A stretch of 64,000 nucleotides of DNA. Source: Gemmatimonadales bacterium (GTDB lineage: Bacteria; Gemmatimonadota; Gemmatimonadetes; Gemmatimonadales; GWC2-71-9). Below, one piece after another: positions 41,302 through 51,660 of this stretch (position 1 is the stretch's first letter; every line of letters begins with the position of its first letter). The stretch lies in assembly GCA_046260395.1 (NCBI GenBank), contig JBHEPH010000006.1, positions 10,236 to 74,235 on the forward strand. The letters are read 5' to 3'. The notes beneath the pieces were generated by a model. The model was not told the origin of the DNA and searched no databases. It saw nothing but the letters and a program-made list of their open reading frames with translations. Both the position numbers and the translations under genes were made by a program.

Positions 41302-42678
41302 TCAGGCGGGTCCTTCGCGGGCGCTGAAGTTGTCGAACCGGGTGTACTCCTTGTGGAACCAGAGCTCCACATGCCCGGTTGGACCGTTGCGGTTCTTGGA
41401 AAGCATCACTTCCGCCACCCCCCGCTTGGATTCATCCTCCCGGTCATAGTACTCGGGCCGGTGGATGAAGATGACCTGATCAGCGTCCTGCTCGATGGCC
41501 CCGGAATCCCGGAGGTCCGAGAGGATCGGCTTGCGCTCCCCGCCCCGCTGCTCCGAGGCGCGCGAAAGCTGGGAGAGCGCCACCACCGGCACCATCAGCT
41601 CCCGCGCCAGCCCCTTGAGCGAGCGCGAGATATCGGAGATCTCCTGCACCCGATTCTCGGCGTATTCGGGACTCTTCATCAGCTGCAGGTAGTCCACGAT
41701 GATCAGCTTCACGTCGTTCTCCGCCCGGAGCCGTCTGGCCTTCCCCCGCATCTCCAGCAGGCTCAGCGACGGGGTGTCGTCGATCCAGATCGGGCAGCTC
41801 CCCAGGATCCCCGCCGCCCGCGCCAGGTTGGCGAAGTCCGAGTCCCGCAGGGTCCCCTGCCGCACCCGCTGGCCATCCACACGGGCCTCGGCCGTCAGCA
41901 TGCGCTGCACCAGCGAGTCCTTGGACATTTCCAGGGAGAAGATCGCCACCCCGAAATCGTTCGCCGCCGCATGGGTGGCGATGTTCAGGCAGAAGGCGGT
42001 CTTGCCCATCGACGGCCGGGCCGCCACGACGATCAGCTCCGACGGCTGGAACCCGCTGGTCAGCTCATCCAAATCTAGGAAACCGGTCGGCACACCGGTA
42101 ATCGATTTGCCACTCTTATGGAGCGTTTCTATGCGCTCCATCGTGGGCCAGAGCATTTCCTTGATCCGGGTGAACCCGGCCACCTTGCGGTCGGCCCCGA
42201 TCCGGAAGATCCGCCCCTCGGCCTGGTCCAGCAGGTCTGCCGGTGGGGTCTTGCCGTCGTAGGCTTCGGTGATGATCTGGGTCGAGGCATCGATCAACTG
42301 CCGGAGGGTCGACTTTTCCTTGACGATCTTGGCGTGAAACTCCAGGTTGGCGGCCGTGGGAACCATGTCCACCAGCTCCGCCAGATACTCCACCCCCCCG
42401 ATGTCATCGAGCTCCGCCCGCCGCACCAGTTCGTTCCGGAGGGTGACGTGGTCGATCACCACCCGCTGCTCGGTCAGCGCGATCATGGCCCGGAACAGCC
42501 GGCGATGCCCCTCCTGATAGAAGGCCCCCGGCTCCAGCAGCTCCGCGGCACGCAGCGCCGCGTCCTGGTCAATCAGCATCGCGCCGAGCACCGCCTGCTC
42601 CGCCTCCTGGTTCCAGGGCGGGGTGCGGACCGGCGCGGGATCAGCGCTCAAGGAGCTGACGGGCGATACGAACGTCAT
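41302..42678 (-). CDS. dnaB: replicative DNA helicase DnaB
   Basis: 458-aa ORF with the N-terminal PPWNQEAEQAVLGAML and Walker A ARPSMGKTAF. The annotated start overlaps the udg 3' end by 38 nt, so a later TTG at 42651 is possible. Confidence 0.9.
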   Translation of the reverse strand: MTFVSPVSSLSADPAPVRTPPWNQEAEQAVLGAMLIDQDAALRAAELLEPGAFYQEGHRRLFRAMIALTEQRVVIDHVTLRNELVRRAELDDIGGVEYLAELVDMVPTAANLEFHAKIVKEKSTLRQLIDASTQIITEAYDGKTPPADLLDQAEGRIFRIGADRKVAGFTRIKEMLWPTMERIETLHKSGKSITGVPTGFLDLDELTSGFQPSELIVVAARPSMGKTAFCLNIATHAAANDFGVAIFSLEMSKDSLVQRMLTAEARVDGQRVRQGTLRDSDFANLARAAGILGSCPIWIDDTPSLSLLEMRGKARRLRAENDVKLIIVDYLQLMKSPEYAENRVQEISDISRSLKGLARELMVPVVALSQLSRASEQRGGERKPILSDLRDSGAIEQDADQVIFIHRPEYYDREDESKRGVAEVMLSKNRNGPTGHVELWFHKEYTRFDNFSAREGPA

Positions 42679-43504
42679 CCCAGGTGGGCTTCTTCCAGTT
42701 CGGGTTGCGGAGGAGGGCCGCCGGGTGGTAGGTCACCACCAGCGGAATGCCGTGGAAGGAATGTACTCTCCCCCGGAGGTTGCCGAGGGACTGTTTCGTG
42801 GCCAGGAGGGTCTCCGCCGCCGTCCCCCCGAGCGCCAGCAGCACCTTGGGCCGGATCAGGGCGATCTGACGCTCCAGATAGGAGCGACAGGCGGCCGTTT
42901 CGTCCGGCAGCGGCTTGCGGTTGGAGGGTGGGCGGCACTTCACCACATTGGCAATGAAGACGTCCTCACGCGCCAGCTCAATGGATCCGAGAATGGTAGT
43001 GAGCAGCTCCCCGGCCCGGCCCACGAACGGCCGCCCGGTTTCATCCTCCGTCGCCCCCGGCCCCTCGCCAATCAGCATCAGGCGGGCGGCCGGATTTCCC
43101 TCACCTGGCACGGTATTGGTCCGGCCCTCACAGAGCGGACACTTGTTGCAGTGGTGGACGGCGGCGGCGACGTCGTCCAGCGTGGTCCAGATCGCGCCCG
43201 CGTCACCCAACAGGCTTCCGGGGAGTGGTGCGATGGTCAGCCCGGGGCCGGGTATGGCCGGGGCGTCCCTGAGCCAACGGGGGCGTGTGTCGCCGCCCTC
43301 CGGTGAAGCCTCGGTTTTGGCTGGTACAGGCGACGGCAGGGAGTCCACAGGAGGGGGAGCCGCACGATCCGGCTCCCGGGGCACAGACAGGTCGGCGGCA
43401 GCCGTCTCGGAGACGGCCACCGCCGACAACGGCGCGGTCAAGATGACTTCGGCACCACCCAGCTCCGCCTGAAGCCTGAGGTACCGGGCCCGGGCGGGGT
43501 CCAC
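42641..43504 (-). CDS. family 4 uracil-DNA glycosylase with a ~100-aa low-complexity N-terminal extension
   Basis: 287-aa ORF with the Fe-S cysteines CNKCPLC, plus GEGPGATED, FVGRAG and HPAALLR motifs. Confidence 0.85.
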   Translation of the reverse strand: MDPARARYLRLQAELGGAEVILTAPLSAVAVSETAAADLSVPREPDRAAPPPVDSLPSPVPAKTEASPEGGDTRPRWLRDAPAIPGPGLTIAPLPGSLLGDAGAIWTTLDDVAAAVHHCNKCPLCEGRTNTVPGEGNPAARLMLIGEGPGATEDETGRPFVGRAGELLTTILGSIELAREDVFIANVVKCRPPSNRKPLPDETAACRSYLERQIALIRPKVLLALGGTAAETLLATKQSLGNLRGRVHSFHGIPLVVTYHPAALLRNPNWKKPTWDDVRIARQLLER

Positions 43505-43517
43505 GGCCGGACCCGCC

Positions 43518-43751
43518 TCAGGCCTCGGCGCGGCGCCGGCGCAACTCGCGGAAATTGAGTTCGCCGTCCACCAGCTTCTGCATCGCCAGGGTGGTCAGCT
43601 TCTGGGCCCGTTCGCTCTCGTCCCACTGGACCTGGCGGTCCTTGGGGATCTCGTTGAGCAACCGGGCAAATTTGGCGGCCACCAGGATCGAACGATACTT
43701 GGTGCCGGCGTTCTTGGCCGCTTCATGCGGGGTGAAGATTTCCATGTGCAC
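43518..43751 (-). CDS. rpoZ: DNA-directed RNA polymerase omega subunit
   Basis: 77-aa ORF (…TKYRSILVAAKFARLLNE…) immediately downstream of gmk, the conserved gmk-rpoZ pair. Confidence 0.7.
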   Translation of the reverse strand: MHMEIFTPHEAAKNAGTKYRSILVAAKFARLLNEIPKDRQVQWDESERAQKLTTLAMQKLVDGELNFRELRRRRAEA

Positions 43752-43768
43752 TCCTTGGGTATGCCGGC

Positions 43769-44410
43769 TCAGGCGCCGACGCGTTCGGTCTGCTCTGCCA
43801 CTTCGCGGCGCAATCGTTCCACCATCTCAGTCAATCCCGACTGTCGCGACACCCGGCCACCCTCGGCGTCCAGGATCGCGGCCACCCGGTCCACCGCGCG
43901 GACCAGGTCGTCATTGATCACCACATAGTCGTACCGGGTCACTTCCCCCAGCTCATCCGACGCGTGTTGCAGGCGACGGCGCACGGCTTCCGTATCCTCG
44001 GTGTTTCGGCCGCGCAGCCGCTCCACCAGGACGCCGCCACTCGGCGGGAGGATGAAAATGTGCACCGCGTCGGGGTACTGGGCCCGCAGTTGCCGGGTGC
44101 CGTTCACCTCGATGTCCAGCACCACGTTCTGGCCGGCGGCCAGGTGGCGGTCAATCTCGGAACGGAGCGTGCCGTACAGGTTCCCGCCATACTCCGCCCA
44201 CTCCAAAAACTCGCCGGCGTCCCGCCGCTTCTCAAACTCCCCGCGTGACAGGAAGTGATAGCTCGCCCCGTCGGTCTCGCCCTTCCGCATCGGCCGGGTC
44301 GTCGCGGACACCGAATAGGCCAGGTCTTCCCGGGCCATGAGCAGGTGGCGCGCAATCGTGGACTTCCCGGCCCCTGAGGGCGAGGAGAGCACCAGGAGAT
44401 ACGGCGTCAC
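43769..44410 (-). CDS. gmk: guanylate kinase
   Basis: 213-aa ORF with the P-loop SSPSGAGKST and TTRPMRKGE. Confidence 0.95.
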   Translation of the reverse strand: MTPYLLVLSSPSGAGKSTIARHLLMAREDLAYSVSATTRPMRKGETDGASYHFLSRGEFEKRRDAGEFLEWAEYGGNLYGTLRSEIDRHLAAGQNVVLDIEVNGTRQLRAQYPDAVHIFILPPSGGVLVERLRGRNTEDTEAVRRRLQHASDELGEVTRYDYVVINDDLVRAVDRVAAILDAEGGRVSRQSGLTEMVERLRREVAEQTERVGA

Positions 44411-45285
44411 GCGAGGTTTTCGAGCTGTTCCCGGAATCGCTCCAGCTCTCCCTTCATCTCGATGACCGCGTGCTGGATCTCGGCGTCGTTCGCCTTGGAT
44501 CCGATGGTGTTCACTTCGCGTCCCAGCTCCTGGGCCAGGAACCCCAGCTGCTTGCCCACCGCACGATCACCCGCGAGGGCCGAACGGCTCGCCTCCAGAT
44601 GCGCCGCCAATCGGACGACTTCCTCGGTGATATCCAGCTTCTCGGCCAGAAAGGCGATCTCCTGGGTCAGCCGGTTCTCGTCCAGCGGCTTGCCGTTCAT
44701 CAGCTCCTGCACCGCAGCGCGAAGCCGGTCCCGTTCGGCCACCACGCGGTGCGGTGCGCGGTCCCGGATTGCCGCCGCGTGTTGCTCGATCAGGTCCAGG
44801 CGATGCCGGAGCTCCGCTCCCATCGCTTCTCCCTCACGCCGGCGCATGGCATGCACCTGTGCAACCGCGGCCGTCACGATCGGGTCCACCTCGCCCCACT
44901 CGATCGCCGTGGTGGCCTCGTCGGTGGCCACGAAGACGTCCGGCTGCCGGGCCACCAGGTCGAGGGTAATCTCCCCTGACAATCCAACCGCGGTCTGCAG
45001 TTCCCGGAGCCGCGCCATCGCCTCCCGGGCCCGGTCCGCGTCCAGCATCAGCCTGCCGCCCTCGGGCACCGCTCGCTCCAGCCATCGGGCCGACACCGAG
45101 ACGTGGCCCCGCTCCAGGTCCTTCCGGAGCCGTTCCCGGAGCTCCCCTTCCAGGGGGCCCAGGTCGGCGGGGAGCTTGGCGGAGAGGTTGAAATACCGGT
45201 GATTGACCGTCCGGATTTCCACCTGCAGGACGCCACCCGCCACGGGCCCGTCGGCGCTTCCAAACCCGGTCATGCTCAGCGGCAC
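44407..45285 (-). CDS. yicC: YicC-family stress-induced endoribonuclease
   Basis: 292-aa ORF MPLSMTGFGSA...VNHRYFNL..., with a C-terminal EIQHAVIEMKGELERFREQLENL. It lies upstream of gmk. Confidence 0.85.
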   Translation of the reverse strand: MPLSMTGFGSADGPVAGGVLQVEIRTVNHRYFNLSAKLPADLGPLEGELRERLRKDLERGHVSVSARWLERAVPEGGRLMLDADRAREAMARLRELQTAVGLSGEITLDLVARQPDVFVATDEATTAIEWGEVDPIVTAAVAQVHAMRRREGEAMGAELRHRLDLIEQHAAAIRDRAPHRVVAERDRLRAAVQELMNGKPLDENRLTQEIAFLAEKLDITEEVVRLAAHLEASRSALAGDRAVGKQLGFLAQELGREVNTIGSKANDAEIQHAVIEMKGELERFREQLENLA

Positions 45286-45487
45286 CGCGGCGGCTCCGTC
45301 GTGGGAGAGCCGTTAAAGATAACCGAGTGGCTGGCTGGGGGTTAGGGGCGGGGCCCCGGCGCGGGCCACGCCCTGACTGTTCCGGTCGGCTGCGTATATG
45401 TTCCGGATATAACGTCCACCCACGGGCTCCCGGGGTGCCGCCGTGCAAGGCCCACCTGTGACGCCGCTGAACGGGAGCCACAAAGAC

Positions 45488-46753
45488 ATGTTCTGGGTGA
45501 TCCTGATTTCCGTCCTGGGCACGCTCGCCCTGTCCGCGCTCGTGATGAATTTTGTCACGCCGGAGAAGAATGTCGAGCGAAAGCTCGAGCATCGGTACGG
45601 CATCGCCGATCCACAGTTCCGGCTCGAGATGTCGGTCATGGTCGGCCCATCCATCACCGCCGCGAACCGCGTCGTGGCGCTCCAGAATGGCGACCAGATC
45701 TTCCCGGCCATGCTGGCGGCCATCCGCAGCGCCGAGCACTCGATCACCTTTGAAACCTATATCTACTGGTCCGGCCAGATCGGCCAGGAGTTCAGCGACG
45801 CACTGTCAGAGCGGGCGCGCGCCGGGGTCGCGGTCAAGGTCACGATCGACTGGGTCGGGAGCTCCCGGATGGACCGCAGCCTGTTGGAGGTGATGGAGCA
45901 GGCCGGGGTCGAGGTGAAGCGCTTCCGGCCGCTCCATTGGTACAACCTGGGCCGGATCAACAACCGGACCCACCGCAAGCTACTGGTGGTGGACGGGAAG
46001 ATCGGCTTTACCGGCGGCGTCGGGATTGCCGACCTGTGGGGAGGCCACGCGCAAGACCCTGAGCATTGGCGGGACATCCATTTCCAGGTCGACGGACCCG
46101 CGGTGGCACAGTTCCAGGCGGCCTTCAATGACAACTGGATCAAGATGACCGGCGAGGTGTTGCACACGGCCGTCTACTTCCCGCCCCTGGCACCGACGGG
46201 GACGATCGAGGCGCAACTCTTCATCGCCTCCCCCGCTGGTGGCAGCGAGAGCATGCACTTGATGTACCTGCTGGCCATCGCGGCCGCCGAGCACACCATG
46301 GACCTCGCGGCCTCGTATTTCGTGCCCGACCGGCTGGTGACTGAGGCGATCGTGGCCGCACAACGCCGCGGCGTCCGCGTCCGCCTCCTCCTGCCCGGTC
46401 CCCACACCGACTCGGACACGGTCCGGATCTCCTCCAAGGGCGGGTGGGGGCCCCTGCTCGAGGCAGGGGTGGAAATTCATATCTACCAGCCCACGATGTT
46501 GCACACGAAGATGCTGATCATCGACAAGGAACTGGTCTCGGTGGGCTCAACGAATTTCGACATCCGTTCGTTCCGGCTCAACGATGAGGCGAACCTGAAT
46601 GTCTACGACCGCGGCTTTGCGCAGCAGATGACCGCCGTGTTCGAGGCAGATCTCCTACCATCCCTGCCCTACACCTACCCGATGTGGAAAGCCCGGCCGC
46701 TTCGAGAGAAGCTCGCGGAGAAGATTCTGATGCCCATCCGGTCGCAACTCTGA
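45488..46753 (+). CDS. cls: cardiolipin synthase (PLD superfamily)
   Basis: Track ORF 45443..46753. I prefer the ATG at 45488, which follows GGGAG (MFWVILISVLGTLALSALV...). Two HKD motifs are present: HRKLLVVDGKIGFTGGVGIAD and HTKMLIIDKELVSVGSTNFD. Confidence 0.9.
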   Translation: MFWVILISVLGTLALSALVMNFVTPEKNVERKLEHRYGIADPQFRLEMSVMVGPSITAANRVVALQNGDQIFPAMLAAIRSAEHSITFETYIYWSGQIGQEFSDALSERARAGVAVKVTIDWVGSSRMDRSLLEVMEQAGVEVKRFRPLHWYNLGRINNRTHRKLLVVDGKIGFTGGVGIADLWGGHAQDPEHWRDIHFQVDGPAVAQFQAAFNDNWIKMTGEVLHTAVYFPPLAPTGTIEAQLFIASPAGGSESMHLMYLLAIAAAEHTMDLAASYFVPDRLVTEAIVAAQRRGVRVRLLLPGPHTDSDTVRISSKGGWGPLLEAGVEIHIYQPTMLHTKMLIIDKELVSVGSTNFDIRSFRLNDEANLNVYDRGFAQQMTAVFEADLLPSLPYTYPMWKARPLREKLAEKILMPIRSQL

Positions 46754-46843
46754 GGTGGACGCCTCCGGCGTATCTCGACGTCCTCCACCCTATTCCCAAC
46801 GCCCGTCAGGGCCGGTGACCAGCCGACACTCGGCACCCGGACC

Positions 46844-48652
46844 CTAGTTCCAGAACACCCACCGGATCCCGAACGCGTTGGCCGCCCGAAGGGTGGGGAT
46901 TCCGGGCACCCACCCAGCGTCACTGTCCAACGTGTTCTGGCGGTCCAGGTAGGCCGTGAACGGCCCGAACTGCAATTGCAACTGCGCCCGGGCAAAGCTG
47001 GCGCCACGCAGGGTGATCGGCTCCCCGTCCGTTCCCCGGCCCAGGGTTCCCGTGCCGAAGCTCTCCACCGACATCGCCACTTTCAGTTCGAAGATGCCGC
47101 TCGGGAAGACCCGCATGAACTTGGAGCGGATGGCGCCAGTGATCATCGAGTGAGTGGGCGGCTGACCCTCCGCCCCGGCGTCGCCGAGTGGCTCGCTGTA
47201 CCAGCCGTCGAGGGTAACCCAGTTCCGCGGGGTCACCCGCACCCGTGCGGTGCGCCACTCGGCATCCCCGGCGTGGCCGACGATGCCCAGCTGCGGATAC
47301 GTCCAATACGGGGCCGGCGTGGGTGCGGAGGTTTTCGCATACCCCACCTCCAGGCCGAGCATCTTCGTTTCCCACCCCAGCGTGGCAGAACGCTCCCGCA
47401 CTTCCCGCGCGGTGTCCGATTCGACCATCGGGTACTCCACCATCACGCCGTTGCGCACCGTGCCGTTCACGACAAAGCCAAGCGGGAGGCCGAGCCCGGC
47501 GCGCGCAGTGACCCACCGACTGGTGCGATCAAAGTCGTGGCGACGGTAGCCGACTTCGAGGCTGCCGCTGGCGATCTCGACCGGCGATGCCGCGCCTGCC
47601 ACCGTGACATCAAGCGGCGTCCAGTCGGAGCGCCGCCACGCCGACCCGGTGACGCTCGCCACCGGGGTCCGGTAGCCGGCGATCAGCCCAATCTGAGAGA
47701 TGCGGCGCTCGGCATCGGGAATCGTGTCCACCGGGGAGTCCATCCCCCACGATGTCCGCGAGGCCACCACGTCAATGCCACCGCCCAGGCCATCGGTGCG
47801 CTGCCTCAGGTAGAAGCGGGCCTGGAGGTCCCGACGCGACTCATCGTGACCGCGGGCCAGCGTGTCGGGTGTGGTTGCCCCACCCCCGAGGATGGCCAGG
47901 CGCCGCGGTCCCGACAGGAAGTACTGCACCGAGAGGCCCCGCTTGGGGTTCGGCACCCAGCTCGCCTGCACCATCGCGTTGGTGTTCTGGTAGTCGTTCT
48001 CGTTCGGTCGGGCCAGCGAGGCCACACCGAGGAAGTCGAACGCCGCGGCAAACCCGAGGCCGGATTCGAAGCGACGCTCGAGGCTGCCCTGGTACCGGCT
48101 GATGTCCAGATCGCCACTGGTGATGGCCACGCGGGTGCGCGCGGCGAGCCGATCATGGCGCCGGGTGTACAGATGCACGCGCAACAGGCCCGGGAGCCGG
48201 TCCACTTCGATGCGGTCGTAGAAGCTGAGCGGCAGCATCGAGGGGTCCACCATGGTGCTGTCGGCCCCGATGGGCAGGTGGGGCACACCATCGATGAAAT
48301 ACTCCACCGATCGCGGCCCCTGCCCGCGGAACACCGGCACCGCGGCCTGCCCGATCCAACCGGCGCGGAGCAGATAGACGCCGGGGATCTGTTGCAGCAG
48401 GTCGCCCACTGTGGAGACGTTGCTCGATTCGATCGAGTCCCGGGTGAAGATGACCCGGCTGAGGGGCGGGAGGATCCCATCCGCGCCGGGGCGTGCCAGC
48501 GGCGTGATGATGCGCCGTGTCTCCGCGTCCGCTTCCAGGAACCGGGCGGTGAGGGCACTGGTATCGGCGCCGGTGACGGGGGGGAACTGGGCCGCCAGCA
48601 CCGGTGCCCAGAGCAGGCCCAGGAGCGTCAGGCGCGCCAGCCAACCGCGCAC
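46844..48652 (-). CDS. TonB-dependent-receptor-like outer-membrane protein (plug plus beta-barrel)
   Basis: Track ORF 46844..48763, trimmed to the GTG at 48652 just after the pepA stop. It has a signal-like RGWLARLTLLGLLWAPVLAAQ and a plug-like segment VSTVGDLLQQIPGVYLLRAG...PVFRGQG. The rest is beta-strand-rich and ends ...FGIRWVFWN. Confidence 0.6.
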   Translation of the reverse strand: MRGWLARLTLLGLLWAPVLAAQFPPVTGADTSALTARFLEADAETRRIITPLARPGADGILPPLSRVIFTRDSIESSNVSTVGDLLQQIPGVYLLRAGWIGQAAVPVFRGQGPRSVEYFIDGVPHLPIGADSTMVDPSMLPLSFYDRIEVDRLPGLLRVHLYTRRHDRLAARTRVAITSGDLDISRYQGSLERRFESGLGFAAAFDFLGVASLARPNENDYQNTNAMVQASWVPNPKRGLSVQYFLSGPRRLAILGGGATTPDTLARGHDESRRDLQARFYLRQRTDGLGGGIDVVASRTSWGMDSPVDTIPDAERRISQIGLIAGYRTPVASVTGSAWRRSDWTPLDVTVAGAASPVEIASGSLEVGYRRHDFDRTSRWVTARAGLGLPLGFVVNGTVRNGVMVEYPMVESDTAREVRERSATLGWETKMLGLEVGYAKTSAPTPAPYWTYPQLGIVGHAGDAEWRTARVRVTPRNWVTLDGWYSEPLGDAGAEGQPPTHSMITGAIRSKFMRVFPSGIFELKVAMSVESFGTGTLGRGTDGEPITLRGASFARAQLQLQFGPFTAYLDRQNTLDSDAGWVPGIPTLRAANAFGIRWVFWN

Positions 48653-48656
48653 GCGC

Positions 48657-50159
48657 CTACCCGGCACGGGCCAGCAGGAATTCACTGAAGAGTCTGGCGC
48701 CCATCCCGGTCGGGCCCTTGGACTGGGCGGCGTCCTCCCGGTCGGTGTACGCGGTGCCCGCAATGTCCACGTGGGCCCACGGGAAGCCGTCCACGAACTC
48801 GCGCAGGAACCAGGCGGCGGTGATGGTACCCGCCGCGCGGCCGCCGCTGTTCTTCACGTCCGCGATGTCCGACTTGATCAGCTCGCGATACTCATCCCAC
48901 AGGGGAAGCTCCCAGACCCGCTCGTGGGCGCGCTGCCCCGCCGCGGTAAGTTCGGCGATCAGTCCAGCATCGGTGCCCATGACGCCCGCCGTCACGTGGC
49001 CGAGTCCGATGACCACCGCGCCGGTCAGGGTGGCCGCGTCCACCACACAGGCCGGCTCGAACCGGCGCGCGTACGACAGCGCGTCCGCCAGCAGGAGCCG
49101 CCCCTCGGCGTCGGTGTTGATCACCTCGATCGTCTTGCCGAAGTGACTGCGGACCACATCACCCGGCTTGTAGGCGGTGGACGAAAGCATGTTTTCGGCG
49201 GAGGGGATCAGGCCGATGACATGGAGCTTCGGCTTGAGGCGGCCGAGCATTTCGAAGGTACCCAGGACCGCCGCGGCACCCGACATGTCGAACTTCATGT
49301 CTTCCATCTGCGGGGCCGGCTTGATGGAGATCCCGCCAGTATCGAAGGTGACGCCCTTGCCGATGAGCACCACCGGCTTGCCCGTGCCACCCTGATATTC
49401 GAGCACGATGAAGCGCGCCTCCTGCGCACTCCCCTGCCCGACGGCCAGGAGGGCGTGCATGCCCTCTTCTTCGAGTGCCGGGCGGTCGAGGATCGTGACC
49501 TTCATCCCGTGGCGTTCCGCCAGGAGTCGTGCCTGCTCGGCCAGGAGGGCCGGCGTGCAGATATTTCCGGGGAGCACCTGAAGATCGCGGGCCAGCTGGT
49601 GGCCTGCCCCGATCGCGGCGCCGGTGGCATGCCCCGCCTGAGCTGACTCGGTGTCCGTGGTGACCAGTATCTCTGCCTCGACGAGGACAGGCTTCGGCTC
49701 CTCGGGTGGCCGCTTGAGGGCGGTGTACACCCAAGCGCCCTGCGCGAGTCCTTCGGCCGCGGCCTTGGTTGCATCCTGCGCCAAAAGGGCACCGAACTCC
49801 GGGAGCAACCAGCTCATCCGCTCCACGCCAATCGCTCGTGCGCGCTTGGCGGCGACCGCGGCGGCACGACGCACCGACTGGGTAGTGACCTGGTCTGCCT
49901 TCCCCATCCCCACCAGCAGGATCCGGGCGGCCGGGCCGTCCGGGTGGATCAGGGCGGTCTCGTCCTTCTTGCCGCGGAAGTCCCCGGAGGCCAGGAGGCG
50001 GCTCAGCGCACCCCCCGCCTGGGTGTCGAGGAACTCGAGCGACGTGGGAAGCGCTCCATCACCCTGAGAGAGGGCCACCGCGAGGAGCGGGGTGGCGTGT
50101 CCGGCTGCGGCAACGGCCAGCACCCGGGAGGTGAAAGGGGTCGTCGAATCCGTCGGCAA
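48657..50159 (-). CDS. pepA: leucyl aminopeptidase (M17)
   Basis: 500-aa ORF with VGKGVTFDTGG and NTDAEGRL motifs. Confidence 0.95.
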   Translation of the reverse strand: MPTDSTTPFTSRVLAVAAAGHATPLLAVALSQGDGALPTSLEFLDTQAGGALSRLLASGDFRGKKDETALIHPDGPAARILLVGMGKADQVTTQSVRRAAAVAAKRARAIGVERMSWLLPEFGALLAQDATKAAAEGLAQGAWVYTALKRPPEEPKPVLVEAEILVTTDTESAQAGHATGAAIGAGHQLARDLQVLPGNICTPALLAEQARLLAERHGMKVTILDRPALEEEGMHALLAVGQGSAQEARFIVLEYQGGTGKPVVLIGKGVTFDTGGISIKPAPQMEDMKFDMSGAAAVLGTFEMLGRLKPKLHVIGLIPSAENMLSSTAYKPGDVVRSHFGKTIEVINTDAEGRLLLADALSYARRFEPACVVDAATLTGAVVIGLGHVTAGVMGTDAGLIAELTAAGQRAHERVWELPLWDEYRELIKSDIADVKNSGGRAAGTITAAWFLREFVDGFPWAHVDIAGTAYTDREDAAQSKGPTGMGARLFSEFLLARAG

Positions 50160-50329
50160 AGTGTTGCTCCTGCACCAGTTGGGTGAGGAGGCAAGCTAAC
50201 GGGCGGGGGAGGAAAAGGGTACGGGACCCGATGGGTGCCCGCCGCCGTGCGGAAGGTCGCCATCGCGAAGGACACAGTTAAGACTCAATCGGGGCCCCAT
50301 CGGGCGGGCCGGAATCGCGTAAACCGTTA

Positions 50330-50412
50330 TGCCCGAGGCGAGAGTCGAACTCGCACGGGGTTGCCCCCGGCGGATTTTGAGTCCGCTGCGTCTGCCATTC
50401 CGCCACTCGGGC
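50330..50412 (-). tRNA. tRNA-Leu (anticodon CAA), type II with a long variable arm, no encoded CCA
   Basis: The reverse complement folds by hand into a cloverleaf. Acceptor stem is GCCCGAG/CTCGGGC. Anticodon arm is GCGGA-CTCAAAA-TCCGC. Variable arm is GGGG..CCCC. T arm is GCGAG-TTCGACT-CTCGC. The discriminator base is A. Confidence 0.9.
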
Positions 50413-50467
50413 CTGCTCGGCAGGAAGTTCACCCTGCCGGCGCATCTTGGCAACGGGGCCGACGAAA

Positions 50468-51610
50468 CTAGCCGAGCACCCGCCCCGGTTCGGCAGGAAG
50501 GAACTCCCTAGCGGCCGTCATCAGCGCCACAAACCGGCTCGGGTCGTCCGCCAGCGCCGCCGATTCCAGCACCCCGAGCTGATCCCGCACCAGGGCAAAG
50601 AGCTCAGCCGAATGTCGGTTCAACCGCTGAATCTCGTAGTACATCTCCGGGTTCTCCCCGACCACCTCTGCCGCGGTGCGGACCTGCTTGAGCCAGGTCG
50701 TGCTCGCCATGGCGTTCAACTCCACCGTAGCCATCCCGCTGCGGGTGACGGTGGCCGCGAACAACAGCGAGACCAGATGGCTGAGCCCCAGGACATATTG
50801 CATGTACCGGTCGTGTTCCTCGACCGGCAGCCTGGTGATAGTGACCGCGGTATCTGCGAAGAGGGCGGCCGCCTCATCCGCCGCCGCCGGATTGCCACAG
50901 TCGCAGACCGCCATGACCCTGCCACCGAGTGTCCGCACCCCGGGCCCGAAGAGCGGATGCAGGCTGGCCACCCGGAGCCCGCTGGCGGCCGCGGCACGCA
51001 GCGGTTCGATGAGGTGACTCTTGAGGCTCGCGATGTCCAGCACGAGCCCCCTGGGCTGCGCGGCGAGCACTTGCGACAGCACGCGCGGCGTCGCGGCCAA
51101 CGAGACCGCCACCACCACGAGATCCGCCTCCGCCAGCTCCTCGTCTGAAGCCCGCGCGGGATCCCCTGGGGGGAGGCTCGGATCGATGACCCGGACGTGG
51201 TGTCCCTGCCCCTCGAAGAACCCCCGGAACCAGCGTCCCATCTTGCCCGCCCCGCCCACCACGACCACCGACTGCGCCTGGGTCGGGGCAGCCCGTCCGG
51301 ACAGTTCCTCCTGCCGCCGCACAGCACCATCAATCAGCAGCAGCGCCACCGCCTCGGCAAACTCATGCTCCAGCCCGGCGGCGGCGGCGGCTGCGCGGTA
51401 CCGTGTCAGCACCTCGGCCTCCGTGCCGAAGCTGCGCACCGGCAGGCCGAGCGCCCGCTTCGCCTCCCCGACGTCGGTGGCGAGCCGCATCCGCTCCGCC
51501 ACCAGTGTCATCAACTCGCGATCGACGTCGGCGATGCGTGATCGAGCCACCCGCAACCGCGCGTCGGCTCCTCCCTCCAGCTGGCTTTCTCCCCCCGTCC
51601 CGTCCGCCAT
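50468..51610 (-). CDS. tyrA: bifunctional chorismate mutase / prephenate dehydrogenase
   Basis: Track ORF 50468..51673, trimmed to the ATG at 51610 (MADGTGG...). An N-terminal AroQ chorismate mutase helix region (RIADVDRELMTLVAERMRLATDVGEAK) is followed by a Rossmann VVVVGGAGKMG prephenate dehydrogenase domain. Confidence 0.8.
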   Translation of the reverse strand: MADGTGGESQLEGGADARLRVARSRIADVDRELMTLVAERMRLATDVGEAKRALGLPVRSFGTEAEVLTRYRAAAAAAGLEHEFAEAVALLLIDGAVRRQEELSGRAAPTQAQSVVVVGGAGKMGRWFRGFFEGQGHHVRVIDPSLPPGDPARASDEELAEADLVVVAVSLAATPRVLSQVLAAQPRGLVLDIASLKSHLIEPLRAAAASGLRVASLHPLFGPGVRTLGGRVMAVCDCGNPAAADEAAALFADTAVTITRLPVEEHDRYMQYVLGLSHLVSLLFAATVTRSGMATVELNAMASTTWLKQVRTAAEVVGENPEMYYEIQRLNRHSAELFALVRDQLGVLESAALADDPSRFVALMTAAREFLPAEPGRVLG

Positions 51611-51660
51611 GCCATCCGCCTTCTGCTTATGTTTCCGGCACCCCCACCTGGTGCCCACCC

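Noticed and set aside
45286-45487. A repeated tgttccgg motif (twice, ~20 nt apart) and a tatat...atata flank in the yicC/cls divergent spacer, considered as an operator.
   Set aside because: The repeats are only 8 nt and the palindrome is imperfect. Such matches are expected by chance, and no regulator gene is adjacent.
50160-50467. The tRNA-Leu locus as a possible integration hotspot or genomic-island boundary.
   Set aside because: I found no integrase, no direct repeat of the tRNA 3' end nearby, and no compositional shift. The flanking genes (pepA, tyrA) are ordinary core genes.
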